Below, one piece after another: positions 1 to 8,326 of a stretch of 60,957 nt of DNA (the stretch's first letter is position 1; each line of letters begins with the position of its first letter). The position numbers and the translations under genes were made by a program. The notes under the pieces were generated by a model. That model ran no database searches, had not been told where the DNA came from, and saw only the letters and a program-made list of their open reading frames with translations. This stretch comes from a virus (taxonomy: Duplodnaviria > Caudoviricetes): positions 1-60,957 of the IMG/VR virus record IMGVR_UViG_3300037785_000059. One strand, 5' to 3'.

Positions 1-144
1 GAGAACGAGAGGCTGCGGAAGGCGCTTTTGTTTTATGCAGATCGTGAAAGCTGGGTTTCTCTTGACCCATACGAAGACGCAAAGGTTGACGTTGACGAAG
101 GTGATAAAGCCCGCGCCGCCCTACGGGAGAAGACCGATGACTAA
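1..144 (+). CDS. Partial small phage protein (5' end outside window or across the circular join)
   Basis: Open frame ENERLRKALLFYAD...KARAALREKTDD*, typical of phage early small ORFs; stop overlaps next start. Confidence 0.5.
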   Translation, partial: ENERLRKALLFYADRESWVSLDPYEDAKVDVDEGDKARAALREKTDD

Positions 145-589
145 TGACCAAGGGGCAAAGCCCCGAGACACACAGAACACCGCGCCTGAGAAAATTTGGC
201 TTAACGTAGAAAACGAAAACGATGTGTTCCCAAACGAAGTTGCCTACCTACGCGCCGACGTGGCACAGGCTATGGTCGCGGCGGCGCTGGAGAAAGCGGC
301 TTATGAAGTTGCTGAACTGGCAGAGCATATAGCCGAAGAACGCAACGACAGAGACCGTGCAACTCAAGCTCGCGCTATTGCCAAAGGCATCCGCGCCCTG
401 ATCAAAGACCCCTCTATCCTCGCCAAGCGTGACGCGCAAATTAAGGCCGAGGGGCTGCGCGAGGCGGCAGGGTTGATAAAGCCTCCGAAGTTTTGCCTGC
501 CCGATCAGGTTGGCCGCGTGGAAGCGATGCACGAAATGAGACACGCCATCCTCGCCCGCGCCGACGAGATAGAAAAAGGAGAAGGGTGA
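137..589 (+). CDS. Hypothetical phage protein
   Basis: ATG 137 after GGAGA; APEKIWL...YLRAD motif common in phage small proteins. Confidence 0.7.
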   Translation: MTNDQGAKPRDTQNTAPEKIWLNVENENDVFPNEVAYLRADVAQAMVAAALEKAAYEVAELAEHIAEERNDRDRATQARAIAKGIRALIKDPSILAKRDAQIKAEGLREAAGLIKPPKFCLPDQVGRVEAMHEMRHAILARADEIEKGEG

Positions 590-840
590 TGCAGCGCGAC
601 GATCTTGCGCCGTGGGCGCGCTGGATGCCGGGTTGGCTTCTGATGGTGCTCCTATTGGTTTTAGCCACAATCAATATTCCGCTTTTCGCCGCCAACGGCC
701 TAAAGCACGGGCTGATAGAATGGTGGAGCACCTTCATGTCGGAAACGTCAATGTTGCGAGTGATGCTGCGCAACGAAAAAACCCCCGCGCCGGGGGCAAG
801 TAAGCGCCGCGCGGCTGAGATTGAGAAAGGAGAAGCGTGA
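589..840 (+). CDS. Hypothetical membrane protein
   Basis: GTGATG coupled start after AAGGAG; hydrophobic WLLMVLLLVLATINIPLFA. Confidence 0.55.
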   Translation: MQRDDLAPWARWMPGWLLMVLLLVLATINIPLFAANGLKHGLIEWWSTFMSETSMLRVMLRNEKTPAPGASKRRAAEIEKGEA

Positions 841-995
841 TGCGCCCCGGCAAGTATAACCCCGCCCGCTCCTGCATACCCGCGTGGTGGCGGCTTGGGA
901 TCAGGGGCGCAGATGGCGTCTGGCGCATGACATGGCCGATTGCTCGACGGCTCAGGAAAGCCGCCAAGAAAAGAAGCCCCGCCAACCGAGGCTGA
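840..995 (+). CDS. Small basic hypothetical protein (MRPGKYNPARSC...)
   Basis: Translated by hand; follows same RBS/GTGATG junction repeat. Confidence 0.4.
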   Translation: MRPGKYNPARSCIPAWWRLGIRGADGVWRMTWPIARRLRKAAKKRSPANRG

Positions 996-1016
996 GATAG
1001 AGAAAGGGGAAGGGTG

Positions 1017-1211
1017 ATGAGACTAAAATACCACCCTCAATACGAGTTCGGAGAACACATCGGGCCGTCGTTTGAGTGGTTTGCATGGTATCCCGTTCGG
1101 CTTTGGTATGGCCGCATGGTCTGGATGCGCAAGGTATCTTGCCAGCGCGTGCAAAAACGCAGCCACCTTGATGGTCATTGCTGGCAATTCTGGTCTTACG
1201 CCGATGCGTAA
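1017..1211 (+). CDS. Trp-rich hypothetical protein
   Basis: WFAWYPVRL...VWM motif seen in phage small proteins; RBS junction repeat upstream. Confidence 0.6.
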   Translation: MRLKYHPQYEFGEHIGPSFEWFAWYPVRLWYGRMVWMRKVSCQRVQKRSHLDGHCWQFWSYADA

Positions 1212-1240
1212 AAAGCCCCGCCAACCGAAGCTGACGGGGC
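1210..1240. terminator. Hairpin with A-run on + (terminator-like on - strand)
   Basis: AAAAA GCCCCG ccaaccgaagctga CGGGGC. Confidence 0.5.
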
Positions 1241-1414
1241 CAGACCAATAGACCCCAACGTGGGCTAGACGCCAAGGCCTCGCGGACGCCCGGCACCATG
1301 CCGGGCGTCGAAAACCCTATACCCCGGACCGCGGACCGCGCAACACCTTCCAAAATACCCCCACATCCGATACCCTCCGCGGCACAACCACACGCCGCCA
1401 AAGGGGCACGGACC

Positions 1415-3040
1415 ATGGCCATCGACGCAAACGACCCGCGCAGAGGCAGCTTTGCGACAGGCTCCTCGCGCCAAACCGCCGACGCCGCCAAATCCAGCGC
1501 CAGCAAAGCACGCGCCTCGTCCCCCTCGATCAGCCGATCCACCCCAACGCGCAGCAAAAGCCCCTCCGCCAGCTCGACCGCGGCCCGCGGGGCCAGCAGC
1601 TTCGGCGGAAACAAATCCTTCGGGGACCGGGACGACGACGACCGCAACCGCGTCAGCAAACCGTCCGGCGAACAGCAGGCGCGGAAAACGCGCACCGGCT
1701 TCCCCTCCGGCAAGGCCGACGGCGGCCGCGACAGCCGACCTTCCATCGTCCCCGGCCCCAAGCAAACCTTCGCCCAACAGCCCAGCCTCGGATCCTTCCG
1801 GCCCACGCCCCGGCCGACACCACAGGCCGCCCAGCCAACCGCACAAACCTTCCGACCCACCCCCAGACCACGGACCGTGGCCCCCGTCGCAGGGCAGACG
1901 CTCGACGCGCCACGGACCGCGGAACCCGTCGCACAAAGATACCTCGACGGACCGCGGACCTCGACGCCCATCGCCGAGCGCTACATGACGCCGGAACAGG
2001 AGGCCCTGGCCGACGCGTTCTTCGCCCGCCTCGGACAGGCCGGGCCCATCGGGCAAGCGCCGGTGCAACAACTGGACCGCGCGACCGCCAACGCCGTCAT
2101 GGAAGACTTCGCCGCCCTTGAAGACCGCGTCGATATGGAGCCCCAGTTCGTCAACAACCCGCTGCGACAGCTCGGCTACCTCGATGCAGGCGGACTGCGC
2201 GGCATCGACTTCATGCCCCTAGACCCAAACAGCGCGACCTACTACGGCAGCGGATACACCCCCGCTTACTACGACGCAGAAGTGCTGGCCGCCATGGACA
2301 GCGGGGACAACCTGCTTCCCATCTTTGATTCCGTCGCAATGATAAACCCCGCGCGGGCCGACGCCTTCACAGACGCATACTTCAGGGGACAAGACGCATA
2401 CCTCCTCCCCCCGCGGACCGTGGCCCTCGGGGCAAACTACATGACAGAGGGGGCCAAAGCCCACGAAGCCGGACACCGCGGCTTCGATGTCATCGAAGAA
2501 CTCTTGCAGGGAAACCCAGAGCTGCGCTCGCGGTTCTATCGCGGCTTCCCCATGAGCGAAGGCCTGCCGCCCCAGCGTTATTCGCGCGGATACGACACCC
2601 GTCTCGAAGGCCTCGTGCCGCTGTCTAACCGAAACATCTACACACAGGACCAAGCCTCTGCGTTTGAAGAAAACGTAGTCGAGCGCGGCGACGACCCCTC
2701 AGCCACGTGGATCCAGCCGCGGACCGCGGATCAGCCCGTAGGAACCTACGCAACCATGGAACCGACGATCCAATACATGCGGGGCGTCGGCACCGAGCAA
2801 TATGCGCCCACCCCGATAGGGTCAGAACGAATGCGGCGCTATGACCAAATCATGCAGGAAATCGCCGCAGAAGAGCTGGCCCGACGCGGCGTGCCGCCCC
2901 GCGCGACCATGCAGGGCGACCCCGAGCAGGCTCTGAGCGTGATGCAGGGCATCACAGACCGCGCGGACCAAGCCCGTCCAGAAGAACGCAACAGAGGCCT
3001 CCTCGGCGGCATCGGGGCCCTGATCCGCGGGATCTTCTGA
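1415..3040 (+). CDS. Putative virion-internal protein with disordered N-terminus and HExxH zinc-peptidase-like motif
   Basis: ATG 1415 after AAGGGG; N-terminus nearly identical to 13009 protein; KAHEAGHRG at 2462-2476. Confidence 0.75.
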   Translation: MAIDANDPRRGSFATGSSRQTADAAKSSASKARASSPSISRSTPTRSKSPSASSTAARGASSFGGNKSFGDRDDDDRNRVSKPSGEQQARKTRTGFPSGKADGGRDSRPSIVPGPKQTFAQQPSLGSFRPTPRPTPQAAQPTAQTFRPTPRPRTVAPVAGQTLDAPRTAEPVAQRYLDGPRTSTPIAERYMTPEQEALADAFFARLGQAGPIGQAPVQQLDRATANAVMEDFAALEDRVDMEPQFVNNPLRQLGYLDAGGLRGIDFMPLDPNSATYYGSGYTPAYYDAEVLAAMDSGDNLLPIFDSVAMINPARADAFTDAYFRGQDAYLLPPRTVALGANYMTEGAKAHEAGHRGFDVIEELLQGNPELRSRFYRGFPMSEGLPPQRYSRGYDTRLEGLVPLSNRNIYTQDQASAFEENVVERGDDPSATWIQPRTADQPVGTYATMEPTIQYMRGVGTEQYAPTPIGSERMRRYDQIMQEIAAEELARRGVPPRATMQGDPEQALSVMQGITDRADQARPEERNRGLLGGIGALIRGIF

Positions 3041-3049
3041 AGGAACTAA

Positions 3050-3434
3050 CCAGAGCGGCCGACACCGGGGGACAACCCCCGGTGGCCCTGGGATCAGGGT
3101 CTTAAATTGGCTGTCTTTCCAGCCTGTCAGCCCGTAGACGACACGGTGCCGGTCACTCGAAACCGGGCGAGGATGGTTTCCCACTGTCGCTCGGCCCTAC
3201 CGCGTGCCCGCTTAATGCTGCGAGCGCCGCGCTCTGAGGGTGTGCTCGTGGTGCCAAGACCGTTTTCGCCTATCAGGCTAGGTCTATGCATCTTCACTGT
3301 CAGCACACCGCCAGAAAGCGGTCGCGCCAGCGCACAGAATGTGGCGCATTCGGTAACGCGAAGACCAAAACTGCGAAAACCGTGACAGTCTTTTCGAGTG
3401 TTGATGTTGCGGCGTGCGCTGGCACAGACCGTTC
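3050..3434 (-). ncRNA. Candidate large structured non-coding RNA
   Basis: No credible ORF; many nested inverted repeats, GAAA loop, TTCGAGT loop, GGCTG-GAAAGA-CAGCC hairpin; upstream TTGACC-N16-TAGAAC on - strand. Confidence 0.6.
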
Positions 3435-3491
3435 TAAAGGATGGAGCACGGGGGTCAAGACGTTGACCGCGGCCCGCGGGCCTATTATGTC
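3431..3491. promoter_or_regulatory. Back-to-back sigma70-type promoters
   Basis: GGTCAA (3453-3458; TTGACC on -) and TTGACC (3463-3468) with plausible -10 boxes 16-17 bp away. Confidence 0.5.
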
Positions 3492-3519
3492 TCTTATACG
3501 TTTAAGTATAGGAGGCCCC

Positions 3520-4302
3520 ATGAACATCTATGACCACAACGGATGCGTCGCCATCCCCGTCGGCGTCACACAAGAATGGCTCGACGCCCTCGACCGCGAA
3601 GGCATCGAGAAAAATCTCCAGAAGATCCTCATCGAAAAGGCCGAGCACCTCGGAGAACAGGAAAAAGCACGCCAGAGGCTCGAATCCGCCCAAGAGGCCC
3701 GCGAAAACCGCCAAGACAGCATCCTGCGCTCGCTCACCGAGGCCGAGATCAACGAAGCCGCCCTCTTGGTCCTCGATCACACCAAAGGCGTCCTAAAGAC
3801 CGCTTTGCGCCTCCAAGCGCTCATCGACAAACACATCGAAAACCCCGAAGACGGAAGCAAACGCGGCAACGTCAACACCGTCCTCGATTACGTCCGGGCC
3901 CATATCAATATGCTCGAAGGCGTGAGCCTCTCCAAAAAACCCCTCCAAGACCTGCGATACATCCGAACCGCCAAAGCCGCCAACGCCTGCGGCATCTCCC
4001 ACAAAAACCTCTCGATGATCTGGAAATGCCTCATCTCCATCCACAAAAGCGGCACCGCCCTGCCCATCGGACAAGAGGCAAAGCTCGCCGACCTCGCCGC
4101 CACCATGCAGCTCCAAGCCGACTATGACAGGGAAGCCGAAAAAGAGGCCGAAGCCTCGCTCGGACCCCGCGACAAAGAAAGACGACGCCGCGCGGCCCAC
4201 GCAGAAGCCCGACGGGCCATGTTCCCAGACCTGTCCCTCTATCCCGGCGATGAACCTATAAGTTCAAAATACCGGAGATCGAGGGAATTTGAGGCCGAAT
4301 GA
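3520..4302 (+). CDS. Hypothetical helical protein
   Basis: ATG 3520 after AGGAGG; strong C/A codon bias. Confidence 0.75.
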   Translation: MNIYDHNGCVAIPVGVTQEWLDALDREGIEKNLQKILIEKAEHLGEQEKARQRLESAQEARENRQDSILRSLTEAEINEAALLVLDHTKGVLKTALRLQALIDKHIENPEDGSKRGNVNTVLDYVRAHINMLEGVSLSKKPLQDLRYIRTAKAANACGISHKNLSMIWKCLISIHKSGTALPIGQEAKLADLAATMQLQADYDREAEKEAEASLGPRDKERRRRAAHAEARRAMFPDLSLYPGDEPISSKYRRSREFEAE

Positions 4303-4499
4303 CGGGGCGTATATTTTTAGGTGCAAAGGCGGGATTGCGGGGGCCGGGGCAGATGTCGCGGACCGCGGACCGCGGGACGGGGTAGAAAATATCCCGTAAA
4401 ACCAAGGCATTGTCCGGATAATCGGGGAAGGGCTGGCGAAAAATCTTGCGCGGATCGGGGACAGGAGGTAGGTTCTTCCTGTCCCCAAACGACGGGGAC

Positions 4500-4995
4500 G
4501 CGGCGAAAAAGGTTACATAGTTACGAATTTCTAGGGTAAAAATGTAACCGTAAATTGCCGGTAAGTGGTTGAAAGCATTGGGGAAAATTGTCGAGTTACA
4601 TAAGTGACGGTGTTTTTAGGGCGGGGCGCGGATCGCGGATCGCGGATCGCGGGGCCAAAAACAGGGCTACTTATGTAACCGAAGGCCGAAGGGCCAATGA
4701 AATAAGGGCGAAACCGGCGTCAACCGGTAACGAATAGACCCTAGAAATATGTAACCGTGTAACCGTCCCAGGCGAGGAGCCTGCGGGCGGATTTTGCGTT
4801 TGATCTGGTCTTGACAAGGGCCCGAAGTCCTTAATTGGCCAGATGTGTTAAGGGGGGGAGAGATGGTTTTTTATTTTTTTTGATTTTTGCTCTATATACT
4901 AATAGGGGAAAATAAGAGAATGGGGTTGACAAGATGAGGCGGCGAAGGCCCAGCCTCTTGACCCCTGCCCGGCCTGCCTGCTAAATGTAACGAGA
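4500..4995. other. Putative replication origin or packaging-initiation region
   Basis: AT-rich, non-coding, with about 8 ATGTAACCG/GTTAC repeats in both orientations and a T-run near 4867-4888. Confidence 0.5.
4958..4987 (+). promoter_or_regulatory. Promoter for terS
   Basis: TTGACC-N16-GCTAAAT, alphaproteobacterial RpoD-like. Confidence 0.55.
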
Positions 4996-5014
4996 ATTAA
5001 CATCGGAGCAGAGC

Positions 5015-5659
5015 ATGACAGGCAATCGCTATCTGGTCGCTCAAGAAGAGCGGAAGAACGTCCGACGCAAGGCGAAGGACTACGCCCCCGAAGACAAGCC
5101 CCTGAAGCGCCGCGAAGAGCTGTTCGTCCGGGAGCTGGTCTCGAAGGATGGTCAGATCACGATGCGCGAGGCGGCGATCAATGCCGGATTCCCGCCTCGC
5201 TCGGCGCACGCCCGCGCGCACGAGATGACCAATCCTGCAATCAGCCCCCACATTGTGAAGGCGATCAAAGCCTACCGGGCGGAGCTCGATGCGAAATATG
5301 GCGTCGAATATCACCGGCACCTGCGCGACCTGCAGAGGATCCGCGACATGGCCCTAGAGGCTGGCGCGTTCTCGGCCGCCGTTCAGGCGGAGTATCGGCG
5401 CGGGCAGGCGCATGGCGACATCTACGTCCAGAAAAGCGAAGTCCGGCACGGCACCATCGAGTCGATGAGCAAAGACGAGGTGCTGAAGGCGATTAAGGAG
5501 CTGAAGCAGCAGTATGAGCCAGTCACCATTGACGTCACGCCCGAAGAAAACGCAAACCGCGGCAACCGGCAAAAAGCGCGAGAGCGCCTTCTGGCGGGTG
5601 GTTCTGAGGGCGATGGAGAAATCGAAGAGGGCGAAATCCTGGACGGCCACGAGGATTGA
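5015..5659 (+). CDS. terS: Terminase small subunit
   Basis: N-terminal HTH (EELFVRELV...EAAINAGF) plus SAAVQAEYRRGQAHG oligomerisation motif typical of TerS. Confidence 0.8.
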   Translation: MTGNRYLVAQEERKNVRRKAKDYAPEDKPLKRREELFVRELVSKDGQITMREAAINAGFPPRSAHARAHEMTNPAISPHIVKAIKAYRAELDAKYGVEYHRHLRDLQRIRDMALEAGAFSAAVQAEYRRGQAHGDIYVQKSEVRHGTIESMSKDEVLKAIKELKQQYEPVTIDVTPEENANRGNRQKARERLLAGGSEGDGEIEEGEILDGHED

Positions 5660-5984
5660 GTCTTGGGCCGTCCCTGGCGTCCCTGACGTCGATGTCTGCG
5701 ATGAGCACGGGCGGTTCCACAAGATCGAGCTGAAGAGCACGGCGAGCGACAAGGTGGGGCTGCGGCCGCACCAAGTCTCTTACATGACGCGGCACCAGCA
5801 CGCGTCGTGCTGGATCTTGGTGAGAAAGACCTTGACGACCGGCGGCCACGCGGTGTTTCTGTATCACGCACGCCAGGCGGTCGATGTCTGGGCGGAGGGG
5901 TGCAAGGTGCGCCCGATCCTGCGCTTGGATTCGCCGGTCGATTATGACGTGCTGTTTGACACCATATCCCCGCCGGAGGGCTGA
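5514..5984 (+). CDS. PD-(D/E)xK nuclease (VRR-NUC / Holliday junction resolvase-like)
   Basis: ESAFW...RIESWAVPGVPDV...IELK...RPHQ motifs; overlaps terS 3' end; start uncertain. Confidence 0.75.
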   Translation: MSQSPLTSRPKKTQTAATGKKRESAFWRVVLRAMEKSKRAKSWTATRIESWAVPGVPDVDVCDEHGRFHKIELKSTASDKVGLRPHQVSYMTRHQHASCWILVRKTLTTGGHAVFLYHARQAVDVWAEGCKVRPILRLDSPVDYDVLFDTISPPEG

Positions 5985-6165
5985 CTATGCTATGGATCCT
6001 GACGCGCCTCAGCGCGTGGCTGAATGCGCCATACGATTGGCGCGACGACCTGGACAGGTTGCGCGAAGATCAAGACCGAAAAAAAGACCTTGACGACGAT
6101 CACGACGCCGACGCATGATGCGCGGCATGGGCAATCCCGCCCGGCTTTGATTTGGAGATGAGACG

Positions 6166-6699
6166 ATGCGGACACAAACTGTTGCGGTTTTCACGTTCGA
6201 TGAGCTCGACGCCGACGCGAAAGAGCGGGCGCGCGAGGATTACCGGCGCGGCGGCGACCTGTGGCACTGGTCTGGCGAGTGGTGGGCGAGCGCCGAGGCG
6301 TTTTCTGCTATCGCGCCGATCCAGGTGCAGGCGATTGATTGGGATCGCGCCGAGCCTGAGATGCGCTTTGCTGATGATGACGTCGCGGCGCTGTCTGGCG
6401 TTCGGGCGTGGAAATGGCTGCACAATAATGGCTGGTTCGATCTGGCGGCGCGCAACGCTGATGGCGGCTGCACCTTGACGGGCTATTGCGGCGATTGCGA
6501 CTTTTTTGATCCGATCCATGCCTTGCGGTCGCGCCCGGCCGACGTGCCGGCCCTTGAGGATCTTTTCCGCGACTGCGTCTATGGCTGGGCGTTCGCCGCC
6601 CGGCGCGACCTTGAGTGGTGTTATTCGGATGAGGCTATCGACGAAACGCTGACCGCCAACGGATATGAGTATCTCGCATCGGGAGAGTTTTGGGGTTGA
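6166..6699 (+). CDS. Acidic phage/plasmid protein (FDELxxxAKERA...YSDEAIDETL family)
   Basis: Cassette 1; family commonly annotated as an antitoxin-like protein in MGE early regions (from memory). Confidence 0.7.
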   Translation: MRTQTVAVFTFDELDADAKERAREDYRRGGDLWHWSGEWWASAEAFSAIAPIQVQAIDWDRAEPEMRFADDDVAALSGVRAWKWLHNNGWFDLAARNADGGCTLTGYCGDCDFFDPIHALRSRPADVPALEDLFRDCVYGWAFAARRDLEWCYSDEAIDETLTANGYEYLASGEFWG

Positions 6700-6765
6700 C
6701 GCCCCGCCCCGCTTTATCAATCAACACATGGGCAATCCCGCCCGCTAACCTCTGGAGATTTTCCA

Positions 6766-7407
6766 ATGCTCACCATCACTGTTGATTTTCTGAAAGCCGC
6801 CCTGCTCTTCGCCTCGAATGAGCAGACCCGGTATTACCTCTGCGGCGTGCACCTCCTGCGCCGCGGAGACCACCTCCGCATCTGCGCGACCGACGGTCAC
6901 CGGCTTTTCGTCGCGTCCGAGATCCTTTCCGGGCCCGGCCCGGACTTCGATGTCATCCTGCCCCGCGATGCGTTGAAAAAGGCCCTGACCGGCTTGGGCC
7001 GCGGCGTGTCGCACCTGCCCCTGGTTCTGGAAACCGGCGAGCGCGCGGGCCGCGACCAGGTCCTGCGCGCGACGCTGGGCGACGTCCAAATGACGCCCGT
7101 GGATGGATCGTTTCCGGACATTACCCGCGTCATCCCGAAAGCCGACGCGATCACCGGCGAGACGGCCGACTTCAACCCGATGTATCTCGCCGACATTGGC
7201 AAGGCGGCAAAGATCCTCGGATCCGGCGTCACGGATTTTCACCTTGGGCACAATGGCGACGCGCCCGCCCTCATCACGTTCGGTCAGAAAACCGCGTTTG
7301 CGGCCCTGATGCCGCTGCGCCCGCGGGTGGAGCCCATGCGCGCTTATGAGGTGGCGGCAATCATGGGCAGTGACGCGCCCGCGCTGGCGGATCAAAACGC
7401 GGCTTGA
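6766..7407 (+). CDS. Truncated DNA polymerase III beta-clamp-like protein
   Basis: ASNEQTRYYLCGV...ATDGHRL...GSFPDITRVIP...FNPMYL...ALMPLR match DnaN domains 2-3; only 213 aa. Confidence 0.8.
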   Translation: MLTITVDFLKAALLFASNEQTRYYLCGVHLLRRGDHLRICATDGHRLFVASEILSGPGPDFDVILPRDALKKALTGLGRGVSHLPLVLETGERAGRDQVLRATLGDVQMTPVDGSFPDITRVIPKADAITGETADFNPMYLADIGKAAKILGSGVTDFHLGHNGDAPALITFGQKTAFAALMPLRPRVEPMRAYEVAAIMGSDAPALADQNAA

Positions 7408-7476
7408 CGCGTCAAGGTCAAACGGTCTAACAAGGGGGCGGGCAATCCCGCCCCCTTTGCTTTGGAGATCCCCGAG

Positions 7477-7992
7477 ATGAAAATTTATGTCGCTTGCCTC
7501 GCCGCTTATAACGCCGGACGCCTTCACGGCGAATGGATCGACGCCACGTCCGACGCCGCCGAGATGGGCGAGGCGGTCGCCGCTATGCTCGCAAAGTCGC
7601 CCGTGCCCGGTGCGGAAGAATATGCGATTCATGATTATGACGGTTTTCCGGATATGGGCGAGTATCCGGGCCTTGACGCTATCGCCGAGACCGCGGGCTT
7701 AGTGGAGCTCGCCGCGGAGCATGACCTGAGCCCCGCGGCGTTCAAGGCGATTGCCGACAATTGGCACGGCGGCGCCCGCGACATCCGCGAGGCGTTCGGG
7801 CGGTGGGTCGGGCTGTTCGACTCTTTCCGCGAGTATGCCGACGAAATCGCGGATCTTTACATTGGCGAGACGTCCGGCGCGGCGGCCGACTATGTTTCGC
7901 AATATTTCGACTTTGAGTATCACGCCAGCGACCTTGCCCTTTCTTACACCGTTATCGAGACGCCCGACGGGGTCGCGGTTTTTTATGATTGA
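7477..7992 (+). CDS. ardA: Antirestriction protein ArdA
   Basis: KIYVACLAAYNAGRLHGEWID, EEYAIHDYDGF and YFDFE motifs; acidic. Confidence 0.9.
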   Translation: MKIYVACLAAYNAGRLHGEWIDATSDAAEMGEAVAAMLAKSPVPGAEEYAIHDYDGFPDMGEYPGLDAIAETAGLVELAAEHDLSPAAFKAIADNWHGGARDIREAFGRWVGLFDSFREYADEIADLYIGETSGAAADYVSQYFDFEYHASDLALSYTVIETPDGVAVFYD

Positions 7993-8062
7993 CGCGTCAA
8001 GGTCAAACGCGCTAGGCAGGGGGCGGGCACTCCCGCCCCCTTTACTGTTTGGAGATTCTGAC

Positions 8063-8326
8063 ATGCTAAACACTGACGTTGACGCCGCCACGCTTGCCGC
8101 CGCCAAATTCGCCGTCCGCGAGGCCGTCCGTTATCGCGGTCTTGTGTCTGACACGCCCGCTTGGGAAGAGGTTTTCGAAGAGGTGCGCGACCTGCAGCGC
8201 GTCGCTAAGGCGTCCGGGTTGCCTATCTCGCCTGCAGATTGGGTTTACCTCGCCGACCTGGTCAACGAGGCGTGCGACGATGACGGTCTGCCGCGCTTGT
8301 TCGTCGTGGAAGGGGCCGACGCATGA
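8063..8326 (+). CDS. Small acidic hypothetical protein (cassette 4)
   Basis: ATG 8063 after TTTGGAGA of the repeat element. Confidence 0.7.
   Translation: MLNTDVDAATLAAAKFAVREAVRYRGLVSDTPAWEEVFEEVRDLQRVAKASGLPISPADWVYLADLVNEACDDDGLPRLFVVEGADA

Larger units (their letters stand above)
566..1019 (+). repeat. Three copies of a 26-bp gene-junction repeat (566-591, 817-842, 994-1019)
   Basis: GAGATAGAAAAAGGAGAAGGGTGATG / GAGATTGAGAAAGGAGAAGCGTGATG / GAGATAGAGAAAGGGGAAGGGTGATG. Confidence 0.85.

Noticed and set aside
3145-3170. tRNA suggested by GGTTTCGAGTGACC on the minus strand
   Set aside because: No cloverleaf with D-arm, anticodon arm and acceptor stem could be built; treated as part of the larger RNA candidate
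3107-3527. Short ORFs and the 5' extension of the 3520 gene across the structured region
   Set aside because: No RBS and no match to local codon bias; AGGAGG supports the 3520 start
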